Shown: positions 10,583 through 20,878, counted from the first letter of the stretch. The stretch: 64,000 nt of DNA from Methanobacteriota archaeon (GCA_004195635.1 PSPT01000003.1:38146-102145), one strand, 5' to 3'. Notes: generated from the sequence alone by a model not told the origin. Numbers and translations: made by a program.

Positions 10583-11338
10583 ATGAGTGATGTTGAAGCG
10601 CAGAAGGAAGCCGCTGGAATTGCTGCTTGCGAGGTCGTCAAAACCGGAATGAATGTTGGCTTGGGTACCGGCTCAACTGTGAAGTACACGGTAATTGAAT
10701 TGGGACGGCGTATCGCAGAAGAAGGTTTAGAAATCATTGGTGTGCCTACCAGCATAGCAACTGAAAAACTTGCACTTGAAGTAGGCATCCCTTTAGCCGA
10801 CCTCGGAGATTTGGAAGGTTTGGATGTGGTAATTGACGGAACTGATGAATTTGATGGTGATTTTCAATTAATCAAGGGTGGTGGTGGAGCCCTACTTAGA
10901 GAAAAAATAGTTGCTCAAGCATCTGCCTCAATGATCGTTGTTGCTGATGGGCGAAAGAAAGTGAATACCTTAGGGGAATTCCCATTACCCATTGAAATAA
11001 CTCCTTTTTCTTGGGTCGAAACCAAGCGTCAGTTATCCATTTTATTTGCCACAGAAGGTTTTATTGGCGACATAACACTGAGGAGAAAGAAAGAACTTGG
11101 AACTGTATCCTGTGACGGTGTTGAATTCCCTGCAAATGAAAAGGGGGGAGTATTTGTTACAGACAATGGAAATGTAATTTTGGATTGCCATTTTGGAGCG
11201 AGTATTGTTGACCCAATTGGACTTGAAACGGCAATTCTTTCAAAAGCCGGCGTTGCCCAAGTAGGCCTGTTTAACAATATGTGTGATGCAGTATATTTGG
11301 CTGACCCAGCCGGAGTTCAAATTCTTCGCAAAAACTGA
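10583..11338 (+). CDS. rpiA: Ribose-5-phosphate isomerase A
   Basis: GLGTGST, DGTDE, IKGGGGALLREK, TDNGN. Confidence 0.97.
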   Translation: MSDVEAQKEAAGIAACEVVKTGMNVGLGTGSTVKYTVIELGRRIAEEGLEIIGVPTSIATEKLALEVGIPLADLGDLEGLDVVIDGTDEFDGDFQLIKGGGGALLREKIVAQASASMIVVADGRKKVNTLGEFPLPIEITPFSWVETKRQLSILFATEGFIGDITLRRKKELGTVSCDGVEFPANEKGGVFVTDNGNVILDCHFGASIVDPIGLETAILSKAGVAQVGLFNNMCDAVYLADPAGVQILRKN

Positions 11339-11458
11339 GTATGGCCCTAAGTTCAACTTGAATGTGAAGCATTTACGGCTTTGTTTTCCACCGCATTTAA
11401 AGGCTTTACTTATGCTCAGAATATTATTTTGACGGAAGGCTCGGAGTGTTGGAGGAAA

Positions 11459-11532
11459 CGGGTCTGACGGGGTTCGAACCCGCGGCCACCTGGTTAAGAG
11501 CCAGGTGCTCTACCTGACTAAGCTACAGACCC
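11459..11532 (-). tRNA. tRNA-Lys (anticodon CUU)
   Basis: Cloverleaf GGGTCTG...CAGACCC; anticodon arm CCTGG-CTCTTAA-CCAGG; T-loop GGTTCGAACCC. Confidence 0.97.
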
Positions 11533-11683
11533 AATCCCTGCGGCAAGCCTCTACCCTTTAGAAATAGCGGTTGCATTTTCACCTTGAAATGTATGCAGTT
11601 GATGATAGGAAAATTTGCTGCCTTAGAATATGCTCACTTGGGTCTCAGCCAGAACGCACTTCTATGCGATGAAAAATCGGCTA

Positions 11684-13018
11684 TTATGGAGTTACGCGGC
11701 GAGAATCTCGAGGGAACGGAATTACTTCTCGTATATGTTCTGCGCCTGAAAGCCAACTAATGACACGGTCAACACCAAGGCCGAAACCGCCGTGAGGAAC
11801 ACCACCAAAGCGGCGTACATCAATGTAAAACTCATAGGCGTCACGTGGAGTTCCTTCTTCATCAATTCGCCGCAATATTTCCTCCTCAGACCAAGTGCGC
11901 TCGCCGCCGCCAATAATTTCACCATAGCCTTCAGGTGCGAGTAGATCGTGGCATAACACATACTTTTCATCATCAGGGTCAACTCTGTGATAGAATGGTT
12001 TGGCGACCTTTGGATAGTGAGTAAGGAAGTGTGGTACATCAAAATCCTGAGTTAAGATTTTCTCCTTGGAATAATCTAAATCTTGACCCCATTCAATATC
12101 AACATCCATGCCTTGCAAAGTCTCGACAGCCTCATCATAGCGCATTCTAGGGTACGGGTTATCTGCATATCTGGCAATTAATTCCAAATCCCTCCCCAAA
12201 CTTTCTAACTCGGGGGTGCGCTCATCAAGGAATGTCTGTGCAATGTGCCGGACTAACCCTTCGCCCTGTTCCATAATGTCATTATTTCCTGCCCAAGCCA
12301 TTTCCATTTCGGCATGCCAAAACTCGGTTAAGTGGCGACGTGTGCGTGATTTTTCTGCGCGGAAAGATGGAGCGATTGTGTAAAGTTTCTCAAGAGCAGG
12401 CATTGCTGCTTCAGCATATAATTGCCAAGATTGGGTTAGATAGACATCTTTGCGGCCGAAATATGGAACTTCAAACAGAGTGCTTCCACCTTCAACTGCT
12501 CCAGCGACAAAACAAGGCGCTTGATATTCAATGAAATCAGAATCACGGAAGTAAGAATGAATGGCACCAAATGCACTACTTCGCAGTTTGAGCATGGTAG
12601 TCATCCTGCTAGTACGAAGGTACAAGTGTCGGTTGTCCAGTAAGAATTCGGTTTCTCCACCATCTGCATTCTCCATTGCTGATTGGGTAATTGGAAAAGG
12701 GTTTTCCGGGTTAACTGGCCCGACAATAGTTGCACTTGAAACAACAATTTCATGACCACCTGGGGCCCGCTCATCAACATTAACGTGACCGTTAAGAATT
12801 ACACTTGACTCAATTAATGCGCCTTTTAATCCTTCAAAAATCTCATCTCCAACTGTGTCGCGCTTAGCAACACACTGAATCGTACCTGTTGAATCACGAA
12901 GGACAATAAAGCGGATTTTATTTGAACCGCGGGTGCGATAAATCCAGCCCTTTAGTTCAACTTCTTGGCCGTCATACATACCCGACTGAACCTCACCAAC
13001 CCAATGCGACTTCACCAT
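11684..13018 (-). CDS. asnS: Asparagine--tRNA ligase
   Basis: N-terminal OB fold; YLTQSWQLY; FRAEKSRTRRHLTEF; GEIIGGGER; PHGGFGLG. Confidence 0.93.
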   Translation of the reverse strand: MVKSHWVGEVQSGMYDGQEVELKGWIYRTRGSNKIRFIVLRDSTGTIQCVAKRDTVGDEIFEGLKGALIESSVILNGHVNVDERAPGGHEIVVSSATIVGPVNPENPFPITQSAMENADGGETEFLLDNRHLYLRTSRMTTMLKLRSSAFGAIHSYFRDSDFIEYQAPCFVAGAVEGGSTLFEVPYFGRKDVYLTQSWQLYAEAAMPALEKLYTIAPSFRAEKSRTRRHLTEFWHAEMEMAWAGNNDIMEQGEGLVRHIAQTFLDERTPELESLGRDLELIARYADNPYPRMRYDEAVETLQGMDVDIEWGQDLDYSKEKILTQDFDVPHFLTHYPKVAKPFYHRVDPDDEKYVLCHDLLAPEGYGEIIGGGERTWSEEEILRRIDEEGTPRDAYEFYIDVRRFGGVPHGGFGLGVDRVISWLSGAEHIREVIPFPRDSRRVTP

Positions 13019-13278
13019 GAAAGACTCTCCTAAGCCTTGCCAGCCAGCCTCCTCTCTTGAAGGGTGTGGTTTTGCAATGAGGTAATTATGAGTTGAGTGT
13101 TTTCATGTCTGCATCACCGGTTTGCTGAAACATGCATGTATTCTAATTCCATTTCCATTGTCAACATTTGTCAAGTAAGACAACTAGATTTTATTGACCT
13201 GAGGTAATCTCATGTAAAAGTATCTTTTACGAAGCACAATTATGTAAGGTTCTTGAGGAGAGCAACCTAGCCAATGCC

Positions 13279-14265
13279 GTGGGAAGTAGCGAAACTTCTA
13301 AAGGCGGCCGAATCCGAATTGCAATTTATGCAATCGGAGGAAATGCTCTTTCTAATCCAAAGGGTGGAGATATTAAGGCTCAATCTCTTGCTCTTGCCAA
13401 GGTTCTCTCAGACATTGTGGATTTGCTTGAATCAGGTTATAGAGTCGTAGTTACTCATGGAAATGGCCCACAAGTTGGCGACCTATTGATGCTTGAAGAA
13501 AGGGCTACTCGAAATGATAGTAAAGATATCTCAGCCAGCACGTTTGTACGTAAGCGCATTGGTTTGGATTCATGGGTTGCGGCAACACAGGGAATGATTG
13601 GTCACGAATTAGCACTTAATTTGGAGTCAGTATTGCACAGGCGGGCACGTCCAGAAAGAACTGCAGTCGTCCTAACAAGAGTTGAGGTTAACCCCTCGGA
13701 CCCAGCATTTGACTTCCCAACAAAGCCCATAGGTCCCATTCTTTCCGACAAGGCAGTAATGAGTGAAGATTGGGATATTGCTGCAACTGCTAATGGTGCT
13801 CGTCGCGTAGTCGCCTCACCGAAACCGATTTCAATATTGGATTCAGAATTAATTCACACATTGGTACGTGAAGGAGCAGTCGTTTTTTGCGGCGGTGGCG
13901 GTGGCATCCCTGTTATTCGAAAGGAAAGCCATTGGGTTGGCATCCCTGCGGTTATTGATAAGGACCGATTGTCGGCCCTCTTAGCAATTGAATTGAATGC
14001 TGACCTATTTGTAATTAGTACGGCAATTGATTCACTACGAATCAACTTTGGTCAGCCAAACGAGGAAGTACTTACTCAACTAACTTGTCAACAAGCCGAA
14101 GCCGGCGTGAGTTCTGGAGAATTTCCCGCCGGTAGCATGGGTCCGAAAGTTGAGGCAATGGCTTGGGCGAAGATTTCCCTACCCGAATGTAAAGTGCTAA
14201 TGTGCCAACCGGGTGATGCAATGAAAGCAGTTCGCGGCATCACGGGCACGACATTGCAAAACTAA
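13279..14265 (+). CDS. arcC: Carbamate kinase
   Basis: GGNAL, THGNGPQVG, PTKPIG, RRVVASP, GGGGIPV, VIDKD, GSMGPKV. Confidence 0.93.
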   Translation: MGSSETSKGGRIRIAIYAIGGNALSNPKGGDIKAQSLALAKVLSDIVDLLESGYRVVVTHGNGPQVGDLLMLEERATRNDSKDISASTFVRKRIGLDSWVAATQGMIGHELALNLESVLHRRARPERTAVVLTRVEVNPSDPAFDFPTKPIGPILSDKAVMSEDWDIAATANGARRVVASPKPISILDSELIHTLVREGAVVFCGGGGGIPVIRKESHWVGIPAVIDKDRLSALLAIELNADLFVISTAIDSLRINFGQPNEEVLTQLTCQQAEAGVSSGEFPAGSMGPKVEAMAWAKISLPECKVLMCQPGDAMKAVRGITGTTLQN

Positions 14266-14357
14266 TCTACTGACCTCAGTGCCCCAATGAATGGTTATCT
14301 TTGAGTGAGGGTCTTTGGAGAACCTTTCAAAAAGTCATGGATTTTGGGAACTTCGAC

Positions 14358-15131
14358 CTATTTTGTGCCGAGGTAATTGTGAATAGCATCTGCAACTAAT
14401 GCGAGGTCTTTTTCCTCAATGATGAGATCGGAATGCTCAGCAGTTCGCTCATCCCATGGATTGAAATTGATTGCATACCCACTTTGAGTGAACATGGCGA
14501 TATCCCCTGGCGAATCACCAATTGAAACTGTTCTCTCGTAAGTGACACCCAATCGGCGCTGCAACATTTGAACGATTGCGTTTTTTCCACCCATTTGCAC
14601 TTGGTAGCGTCCCGTAGTTGGAATACTACCATCGTGATTTGACAACCATCCATTTGTGAAAACATGCAGACGAGTGTCCATTCCCCCGGCAAGGACTCTT
14701 GAGTTGTGGGGGTCTATTCCACCCCAGCGCTTTTGCCATTTTGAATTGGAAGGGAAAGCACAAGATATCTGTCTAGCAGTCTGTTGCATCCCACCCGAAA
14801 TAATTGCCACCTCCAAATCAGCATTCAACAAGGAGTCAATACATTCCCTCCAGCCCTTCATTAGTGGGGCATCTTCAATCCAGCCACGTAAATGTTCATC
14901 GCGCAATTCTTCTCCAAGCATTTTCATGCAACCATCCTTTATCAGAGCCAAATCAAGAATTATCCAATCCCATTCATCCAACTTGCCAGAATTATATAGA
15001 GCGAATGCCTCATCGTTATTTACGCCTAATTTATCATAGACCCATTGCCAATTTGACATGTGGTCAATCAATACACGATCCATGTCAAAACAGACTAAAC
15101 CCTGAGCCAAAAAATTCACTCCTTTGGCCAT
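14358..15131 (-). CDS. HAD-superfamily phosphatase (phosphoserine phosphatase-like)
   Basis: FDMDRVL, IISGG, conserved Lys, GDSPGD motifs. Confidence 0.85.
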   Translation of the reverse strand: MAKGVNFLAQGLVCFDMDRVLIDHMSNWQWVYDKLGVNNDEAFALYNSGKLDEWDWIILDLALIKDGCMKMLGEELRDEHLRGWIEDAPLMKGWRECIDSLLNADLEVAIISGGMQQTARQISCAFPSNSKWQKRWGGIDPHNSRVLAGGMDTRLHVFTNGWLSNHDGSIPTTGRYQVQMGGKNAIVQMLQRRLGVTYERTVSIGDSPGDIAMFTQSGYAINFNPWDERTAEHSDLIIEEKDLALVADAIHNYLGTK

Positions 15132-15943
15132 TCTTGGTGTTGAAGTTGAACCTGTTTCACTTGCTTGCCAAGAATGTATAAAATGATCGCAATCATCATC
15201 GCCAACAATCCTACGATTGTGACGACAAAGGTGGCTAATGCAACCCCTAAACTGACTGAATTTATTTCTTCAAAAGATGAGATGACATCCCTCGATAAAA
15301 GGTACCCAACGGTAAAAAGTACTATCCCTGGCACACCGAAAGAAATCAGGGGATGACGACTTTCTATCATCCAATAAAATAGTTGGGCGAAGCGTGATGC
15401 GGTTGCGAGGCTCTCTCTTTGATTTACCGCTACACTTGTATTTTTCCTGATCACACGTACGAGTAATTCCTTGGGTAATTCCATGGGAAGGTCATGTGGG
15501 CCGGCGGCAGCCAATGCTGCTATCCCAGCGGGAGATGCAGATAATGTATGGAATATAGCGTCAGCATATGTTAGGGCCTCAGAAGCAATTGAATTTTCAT
15601 CCTTTGGATTGGATTTGAAGACTAACAGTACATCAGTTAATCCACGTGCTTGATTCACCCCTACTGGTAAATCGCGTAACTTCCACTCGAAGTCTAAATT
15701 TACTACAAGTGTATTACCATCAAATTCCTCTTCATCAAGAATTACTGCAACTTCAGGAAGACATGAATCGGGGTGCATCTCATGAACTTTTACCCCTTCC
15801 TCAATTGCCAATTGTTTTGACTCATCCTTGCTATCGAAATCAAAGATGTGAATGTTGTCAGAAAAATCTCTTGCCCGAGCAATTGCACTAACGATACGTA
15901 GGTCCTGCTCTTTGACAACAAAGGCAATCCGAACTGCTCGCAT
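15116..15943 (-). CDS. Degenerate GT2-like membrane protein
   Basis: Eroded GT-A N-terminus (FDFDSKDES, VNLDFEW); C-terminal HPLISFGVPG TM segment resembles that of the GT2 at 687-1634; AGGAGG SD. Confidence 0.6.
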   Translation of the reverse strand: MRAVRIAFVVKEQDLRIVSAIARARDFSDNIHIFDFDSKDESKQLAIEEGVKVHEMHPDSCLPEVAVILDEEEFDGNTLVVNLDFEWKLRDLPVGVNQARGLTDVLLVFKSNPKDENSIASEALTYADAIFHTLSASPAGIAALAAAGPHDLPMELPKELLVRVIRKNTSVAVNQRESLATASRFAQLFYWMIESRHPLISFGVPGIVLFTVGYLLSRDVISSFEEINSVSLGVALATFVVTIVGLLAMMIAIILYILGKQVKQVQLQHQEWPKE

Positions 15944-16020
15944 GCCCTCCTGTCATACCTCATCTTTGTCAAGCCTTCGTAGGGACAAGGCCAAAGCAGA
16001 AGGATTGCCGCCCCCTCAAT

Positions 16021-17106
16021 ATGCACCACGGCTGGGCGGTAGGCGTCATCATACCTGCCCGTGATGAGGCTAATCATATTGCTTCACTGATAGTGCAAAT
16101 ACCTCAATGGGTTGATGCAATAATCTGTGTGGATGATGAATCAACCGATAATACTAGAGAAGTGGCAATGAAAGCAGCAGCGAGAAAAAAAGACGATGGG
16201 TGGGGAGGCCTTTTTCACTGCATCAATAATTCCTCTTTGCTGGGCGCAAGGGGTGAAAAAATACGCACAGGAGTGGGCGCTTCAATTGATAACGGGCAAC
16301 AAAAACTTCTTGAATTAGCCGAGGAAAAAAGATGGGCAGATGGTAAGCCCTGGTTAACTGTGATAATGGATGGAGATGGGCAGATGGACCCCTTGGACTT
16401 ACCCGTACTTGTGGCACCAATCATCAAGAATGAGGCGGAAATGACCAAGGGAAATCGCAGGGCAGGACCACAGGGATTTGGAAAAATGCCTATGCGGAGA
16501 AGGTTAGGGACGGTATTTCTAAAACACCTAACTAATTTGGCAAGTGGAAGAAAATTAGAGGACCCACAATGCGGTTATGTGGCGCTAAGTCATACGGCGA
16601 TAAAAGAATGGGATTTTAGCAAACGGTGGGACGGATATGGTTACCCAAACCATCGCATCCTAATGTCCAGCGATAAATTGTGGAGAATTACAGAAATCCC
16701 AGTTAGTTCTATTTACGAGGGGCAAAAATCAGGAGTCAAAATTTGGCGATTTTTGCCAAAAGTAGCCTGCCTTCTGTGGTCCGGTTTGATGAAAAGGGGT
16801 AGTCAATGGTACATTTGGCAACCTCTGCAAAAATTAACACATAGGTCGAAAGAAGGGGAAGGGCAATTAGAGGCAAGGAAGCCTTTTTATCCAATCCATG
16901 GAATGAAGGAGATTCTTCTTTCAACTGCCTTTTTCTTCGGATGGATTTCATTGGGGATTGGCGGCTTTTTCCTTTACCGGGGAGATTCTAGAGCCTTGCT
17001 GCTTCCTATTCTAGGCATCGTGGCTTTCTGGCTTGCCCGCCTTGCCGATAAGATATTCATTGAACAGAAACTCTTGCAACGGCATTATGAACGCAATAAT
17101 GAATGA
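16021..17106 (+). CDS. GT2 glycosyltransferase with C-terminal TM helices
   Basis: IIPARDE, VDDESTD, MDGDGQMDP, KGNR, DPQCGY. Confidence 0.88.
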   Translation: MHHGWAVGVIIPARDEANHIASLIVQIPQWVDAIICVDDESTDNTREVAMKAAARKKDDGWGGLFHCINNSSLLGARGEKIRTGVGASIDNGQQKLLELAEEKRWADGKPWLTVIMDGDGQMDPLDLPVLVAPIIKNEAEMTKGNRRAGPQGFGKMPMRRRLGTVFLKHLTNLASGRKLEDPQCGYVALSHTAIKEWDFSKRWDGYGYPNHRILMSSDKLWRITEIPVSSIYEGQKSGVKIWRFLPKVACLLWSGLMKRGSQWYIWQPLQKLTHRSKEGEGQLEARKPFYPIHGMKEILLSTAFFFGWISLGIGGFFLYRGDSRALLLPILGIVAFWLARLADKIFIEQKLLQRHYERNNE

Positions 17107-17212
17107 AAAATATCTCCACAAACTCAACCCAAGTATGTAGGCGGATAGATGATTGGAGGGAACTCTATAGAATTTGGGAATGTTGAAGGGTTGAGTCAGC
17201 CTGCAAAGCAAT

Positions 17213-18007
17213 ATGTGGGGAGGGAGTAAAGAAATTCTCTTAGCCTACAAAAGCGACCTCAGCAATAATAGTCAGAAGACTCTTTGGGCAACCAGTCTGA
17301 CATTATTGGCCATTTTCTCCTTCTATGACTTGCAAATCGCACAGGCAATCAACCAACCTGCAAGTGGATTTGGCAATTTTCTCGCTGACTTCGGACTTAT
17401 TCTTGGACACATCCTAATTATCTGTGCAGCGATCATTTATTCCTTTCAAAATACAAAAAACGCAAAGATTTTTGCAACCTTAATTTTGCTCTTTGAGGCA
17501 TATTTGGTAAATGTGAATTATGGAGCAGTTGGCGGCACTGCAACTATTATTTTGTCCTTCATTGTAGCGAAGTTCTTTTTTCTGGCAAATCCACAATTGA
17601 CTCATCCGAATATAAAAACTGGCGCTAAATATTTGTGCATCTCAGCCTTAGTTTACCCCTTTATTTTTGTACATTCACTAAAGGTAGTTTGGGGACGAAT
17701 CCGATTTAGAAACCTCTCAACCGACTATTTAGAATTCTCAAGATGGTTTGAACCACAAGGAGTCACAGGCGGACATTCCTTCCCATCAGGACATACAGCG
17801 ATGGGGGTAATGGCTTGTTATGTAATACTATTACTTCCTAAAAAATACCATACTACCGCTCTTCTGCTGACTGTTCCTTGGGCTTTGGCCGTTGGCGCAT
17901 CACGAATGATTATTGGTGCACATTATGCAAGTGATGTGACTTTTTCATTGTTAATTGGTTTCAGCATCTTGTTGTTTCTAAATCGAAAACTCAACGAAAC
18001 CGTATGA
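17213..18007 (+). CDS. PAP2-family membrane phosphatase
   Basis: KVVWGRIR, SFPSGH, SRMIIGAHYASDV. Confidence 0.9.
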   Translation: MWGGSKEILLAYKSDLSNNSQKTLWATSLTLLAIFSFYDLQIAQAINQPASGFGNFLADFGLILGHILIICAAIIYSFQNTKNAKIFATLILLFEAYLVNVNYGAVGGTATIILSFIVAKFFFLANPQLTHPNIKTGAKYLCISALVYPFIFVHSLKVVWGRIRFRNLSTDYLEFSRWFEPQGVTGGHSFPSGHTAMGVMACYVILLLPKKYHTTALLLTVPWALAVGASRMIIGAHYASDVTFSLLIGFSILLFLNRKLNETV

Positions 18008-18064
18008 GGAAATGGTAATCCGCAATCCATTTGCATCATACAATAGTTAGTGGTTGTCTGCGAA

Positions 18065-19462
18065 TCATCCAACATTTGCAACAGTTGGAGTCTGGTCTGC
18101 GTAGAGGAATTCAAGATACGCAGCCCACATCACAAATTCAATACTATTCTCTAATTCCTCTTGGCCTCCAACCATTTGCACCATGTTGTCAAGTGTGTCA
18201 GAGGGACTATGATAGGCATCGTAATCATCATCATATGCGCCAAGATGGAAAATTGTCTGGGCACCGAGATTTCTAAAAGTAACGTGGTCTGAACGACCAA
18301 AAGTATCCTCATGAACGTCAAGAGTCAAATTCTCATGCTCACCCCAGTGCTGGTCACAACCAGCGCCATAAGTGCCATCAATAGTCAAGTTTTTTGGCGC
18401 TTGAAGGATGTCAAAGTGTATGTATTCCATAACTTCTGTAATCGGTTGTTCAACCACCTCTGGGTCTTCATCGGGCCCACTCCAAGCATGGTATGGGTAA
18501 GGCTCACCAGTCGGTTTGAGAGCTGGCCAAGAAACACCCATCATATCCATATTTATGTAAAAGCGTAATTCTTTATCGTGTGGTAAGCAATAATCACAAT
18601 CATTAGTTGCAAAAGCCGAAGAACCTCGCAAGCCTTCTTCTTCAGAAGACCAAAGGCCGAGGAAAGTGTCGCATTCCACTTCCATGTTGACTAATTCGCG
18701 AGCGAAAAGCATCATTGAAACTGTTCCTGCCGTGTTATCGTATGCACCCTCGTAAGTACCTCCTCCTGGTGGGCCTCCCGGTGGAGCGATGTCCATGTGT
18801 GCACCCATGCCCTGCACACACTCGCTTGAGCGTCCGCGCTTCCAAGCGATGATGTTAACCGATTCGGGTTGAGTTGGATTTAGATGATCGATGACGCGTA
18901 AAATATGAGTTTCATAGCCAAGACCTTCAAAGTGTCCTTGGAAAAAAGATACCGCCCTTTCAAATGCTGGATTTGGCGTTCCCATCCATCTGTTAATATA
19001 GCCACCACATTCAGTTGAATCACTGCATACACTTGTGATGAAATCCATTTTTTCAAACCAATCTTTACCAGATATTATTGGGTCGCCAGCAACTATTTCC
19101 AATTTCATTGATTTGCCATTTACTTCAATGCTGACATTTCCAGTGGTTGTTGGTGGAACCATTATTTGTCCGTGGACATCGGTTCCATTTGCTACTATTT
19201 GACCCGAGAGAATGACACTGCCATTAACGATTAGAATTATTATCGCAGGAACTTGGATTGCTATGTCACCCCGCATAATGAAATCATGAGTTTCCCCACT
19301 GCGCAAGGGGTTCTCACCCGCCGGAGATTGCTCAATTTCAAACTCAAACTGCTTCAAAGTGCTTGAATCTTCGCTACCGAAGCAGCCGGATAATGGGGCA
19401 CTTAGCATTATCAATACTAAGAAAACCGGGGCGATAAAGCGCTGGCTCAAAGCAGAGTGCAT
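18065..19462 (-). CDS. M28-family metallopeptidase, predicted lipoprotein
   Basis: LSGCFG lipobox-like motif; GAHMD, GAYDNTAG, EEEGLRGS, NMDM, SDH, YHSPSD. Confidence 0.9.
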   Translation of the reverse strand: MHSALSQRFIAPVFLVLIMLSAPLSGCFGSEDSSTLKQFEFEIEQSPAGENPLRSGETHDFIMRGDIAIQVPAIIILIVNGSVILSGQIVANGTDVHGQIMVPPTTTGNVSIEVNGKSMKLEIVAGDPIISGKDWFEKMDFITSVCSDSTECGGYINRWMGTPNPAFERAVSFFQGHFEGLGYETHILRVIDHLNPTQPESVNIIAWKRGRSSECVQGMGAHMDIAPPGGPPGGGTYEGAYDNTAGTVSMMLFARELVNMEVECDTFLGLWSSEEEGLRGSSAFATNDCDYCLPHDKELRFYINMDMMGVSWPALKPTGEPYPYHAWSGPDEDPEVVEQPITEVMEYIHFDILQAPKNLTIDGTYGAGCDQHWGEHENLTLDVHEDTFGRSDHVTFRNLGAQTIFHLGAYDDDYDAYHSPSDTLDNMVQMVGGQEELENSIEFVMWAAYLEFLYADQTPTVANVG

Positions 19463-19529
19463 GATGTGGGCCTTTAGCCTCTGTGTAATGACTCTTTGCA
19501 AACCGAGTCAATGGAGGATTCAGGTAATC

Positions 19530-19607
19530 TGGTGGGTCCGTCCGGATTTGAACCGGAGTCCAAGCGTCCCAAACGCTCGAGTATAGGCCAAGCTAACCCA
19601 CGGACCC
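19530..19607 (-). tRNA. tRNA-Pro (anticodon UGG), CCA encoded
   Basis: GGGTCCG...CGGACCC-A-CCA; anticodon arm GAGCG-TTTGGGA-CGCTT. Confidence 0.97.
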
Positions 19608-19641
19608 GTATCCACGCCGACACGCCCACCCCTTTTCATAT

Positions 19642-20082
19642 TCACTCAAGAACAACCCATGAATTATCGCTCTTTCGAAGGATGAAACCTTCGGCTTCAG
19701 CCCAATCAATAACCTCAGTTGGAGTCAGGCTAATGTTGGCATTAAAGCAGGCGGTTGCAAGGTTATCAAAAGTAACGAGGCCATTATCACCCACGGATTC
19801 TCGCAAGATATTTACCGCCATTATTGGGTCGCGCAAGTCTTTCGCATTGGGTTCTTCAAGAGGGGGTAGTTTTGATGCGAAATCAGCACGTAATTGCTCA
19901 GGCATATTAGCTATTGAAATCGCCCGTTGGAGTTCTTGAGGAGAATTGGCATGGCCGACTACCGTAATGTGAATATCGGCAGTTCGCCCACATCTAGTGC
20001 AACGAGCATTTTTGCCCTTTGCTCGGCCATAGCATTGCTTGCATCCTGGGCAAAGCAAAACATCCCAATTTGGCGGTTCCAC
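19642..20082 (-). CDS. Zn-ribbon protein with C-terminal winged-helix-like segment (DUF1922-like)
   Basis: CPGC...CTRC; GTG start chosen from a TTTGAG box at -30. Confidence 0.65.
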   Translation of the reverse strand: MEPPNWDVLLCPGCKQCYGRAKGKNARCTRCGRTADIHITVVGHANSPQELQRAISIANMPEQLRADFASKLPPLEEPNAKDLRDPIMAVNILRESVGDNGLVTFDNLATACFNANISLTPTEVIDWAEAEGFILRKSDNSWVVLE

Positions 20083-20160
20083 ATCTTCCGAACAATGGCG
20101 ATAGAACTCAAACATTGCGGTTGTAAAATAATTTTACTCGTGCTTTGGATACTTGCGTGA

Positions 20161-20826
20161 TTACATACTGAAATCAGTACCACTGTCATCCTGTTGACGA
20201 CGGGCACCTGGACGCATTGCTTTAGCAGCAGGCGCTTTGTGGGCAATCTCGGCTTTCTGGAAACCAGGAGAAGCACCACGGCTACGAGTTCGACCAGTTC
20301 CGCGACCTCCGCCGAAATTAAGAGAATTAGGCATAATCAAGGCAGCAATTGCAACACCATGATGATCAGGGCCGGCGGTTACTTCATCGACTGCGACATC
20401 AAATCCAGTAACTTCCAAATCACGGCTGGCTAAGCGGCGTTGTAAATTCCGCTTCAATAATAACTCGGTTTCCTCATAATCCAATTCCGTTGTTAAAGTA
20501 GCAACAATGGCACACTCATCTCCCTCAGGAGTGGTAGCACTTGCCCAAGCAACACCTGCACATGCAGTAGAACCATCATAAGCATTTGCGACCACCAAAT
20601 GGCACTCAACAAGAGAACCCATCGGAAGGTCCTCCGGAGGTACTGCAGAGAATCCCATAGGTAACATTGCACCCTCTACGCGGATGAGACGACTGTCTCC
20701 TAACCCAAGTTCAACCAGTCCTTGGTCATAGGCATCCACTTCATTTTCACCCCACGGGGCAACCGCAGTCATAAGCCAACCAGGGCATTCGGCGGTGGGT
20801 CGGGATGGCGAGGCGGCTGAGAACAT
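20161..20826 (-). CDS. Pyruvoyl-dependent arginine decarboxylase (PdaD) homolog lacking the Ser-Ser self-cleavage site
   Basis: DAYDQGLVELGLGDSRLIRVEGAMLP aligns with the family pattern AFDxALxxAGIxxxNLVxVSSILP; ACAGVAWA and VAIAAL strands conserved. Confidence 0.7.
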   Translation of the reverse strand: MFSAASPSRPTAECPGWLMTAVAPWGENEVDAYDQGLVELGLGDSRLIRVEGAMLPMGFSAVPPEDLPMGSLVECHLVVANAYDGSTACAGVAWASATTPEGDECAIVATLTTELDYEETELLLKRNLQRRLASRDLEVTGFDVAVDEVTAGPDHHGVAIAALIMPNSLNFGGGRGTGRTRSRGASPGFQKAEIAHKAPAAKAMRPGARRQQDDSGTDFSM

Positions 20827-20848
20827 AGGTGCACAGACAAGGGAGGGG

Positions 20849-20856
20849 TTCATGAA
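20849..20856. promoter_or_regulatory. Palindromic TATA-like box TTCATGAA of a bidirectional promoter
   Basis: Exactly 22 nt from both divergent start codons (20826 and 20879). Confidence 0.6.
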
Positions 20857-20878
20857 ACCGGTGGTTCACGAGCCCCTA

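Noticed and set aside
17107-18064. PAP2 gene as a second repeat-bounded cassette
   Set aside because: Only weak similarity between the flanks, not distinguishable from chance.
11459-19607. tRNA-anchored integrated elements at tRNA-Lys(CUU) or tRNA-Pro
   Set aside because: No duplicated tRNA 3' ends or integrase seen. The shared 3' sequence with the tRNA at 50616 reflects two complete Lys isoacceptors.
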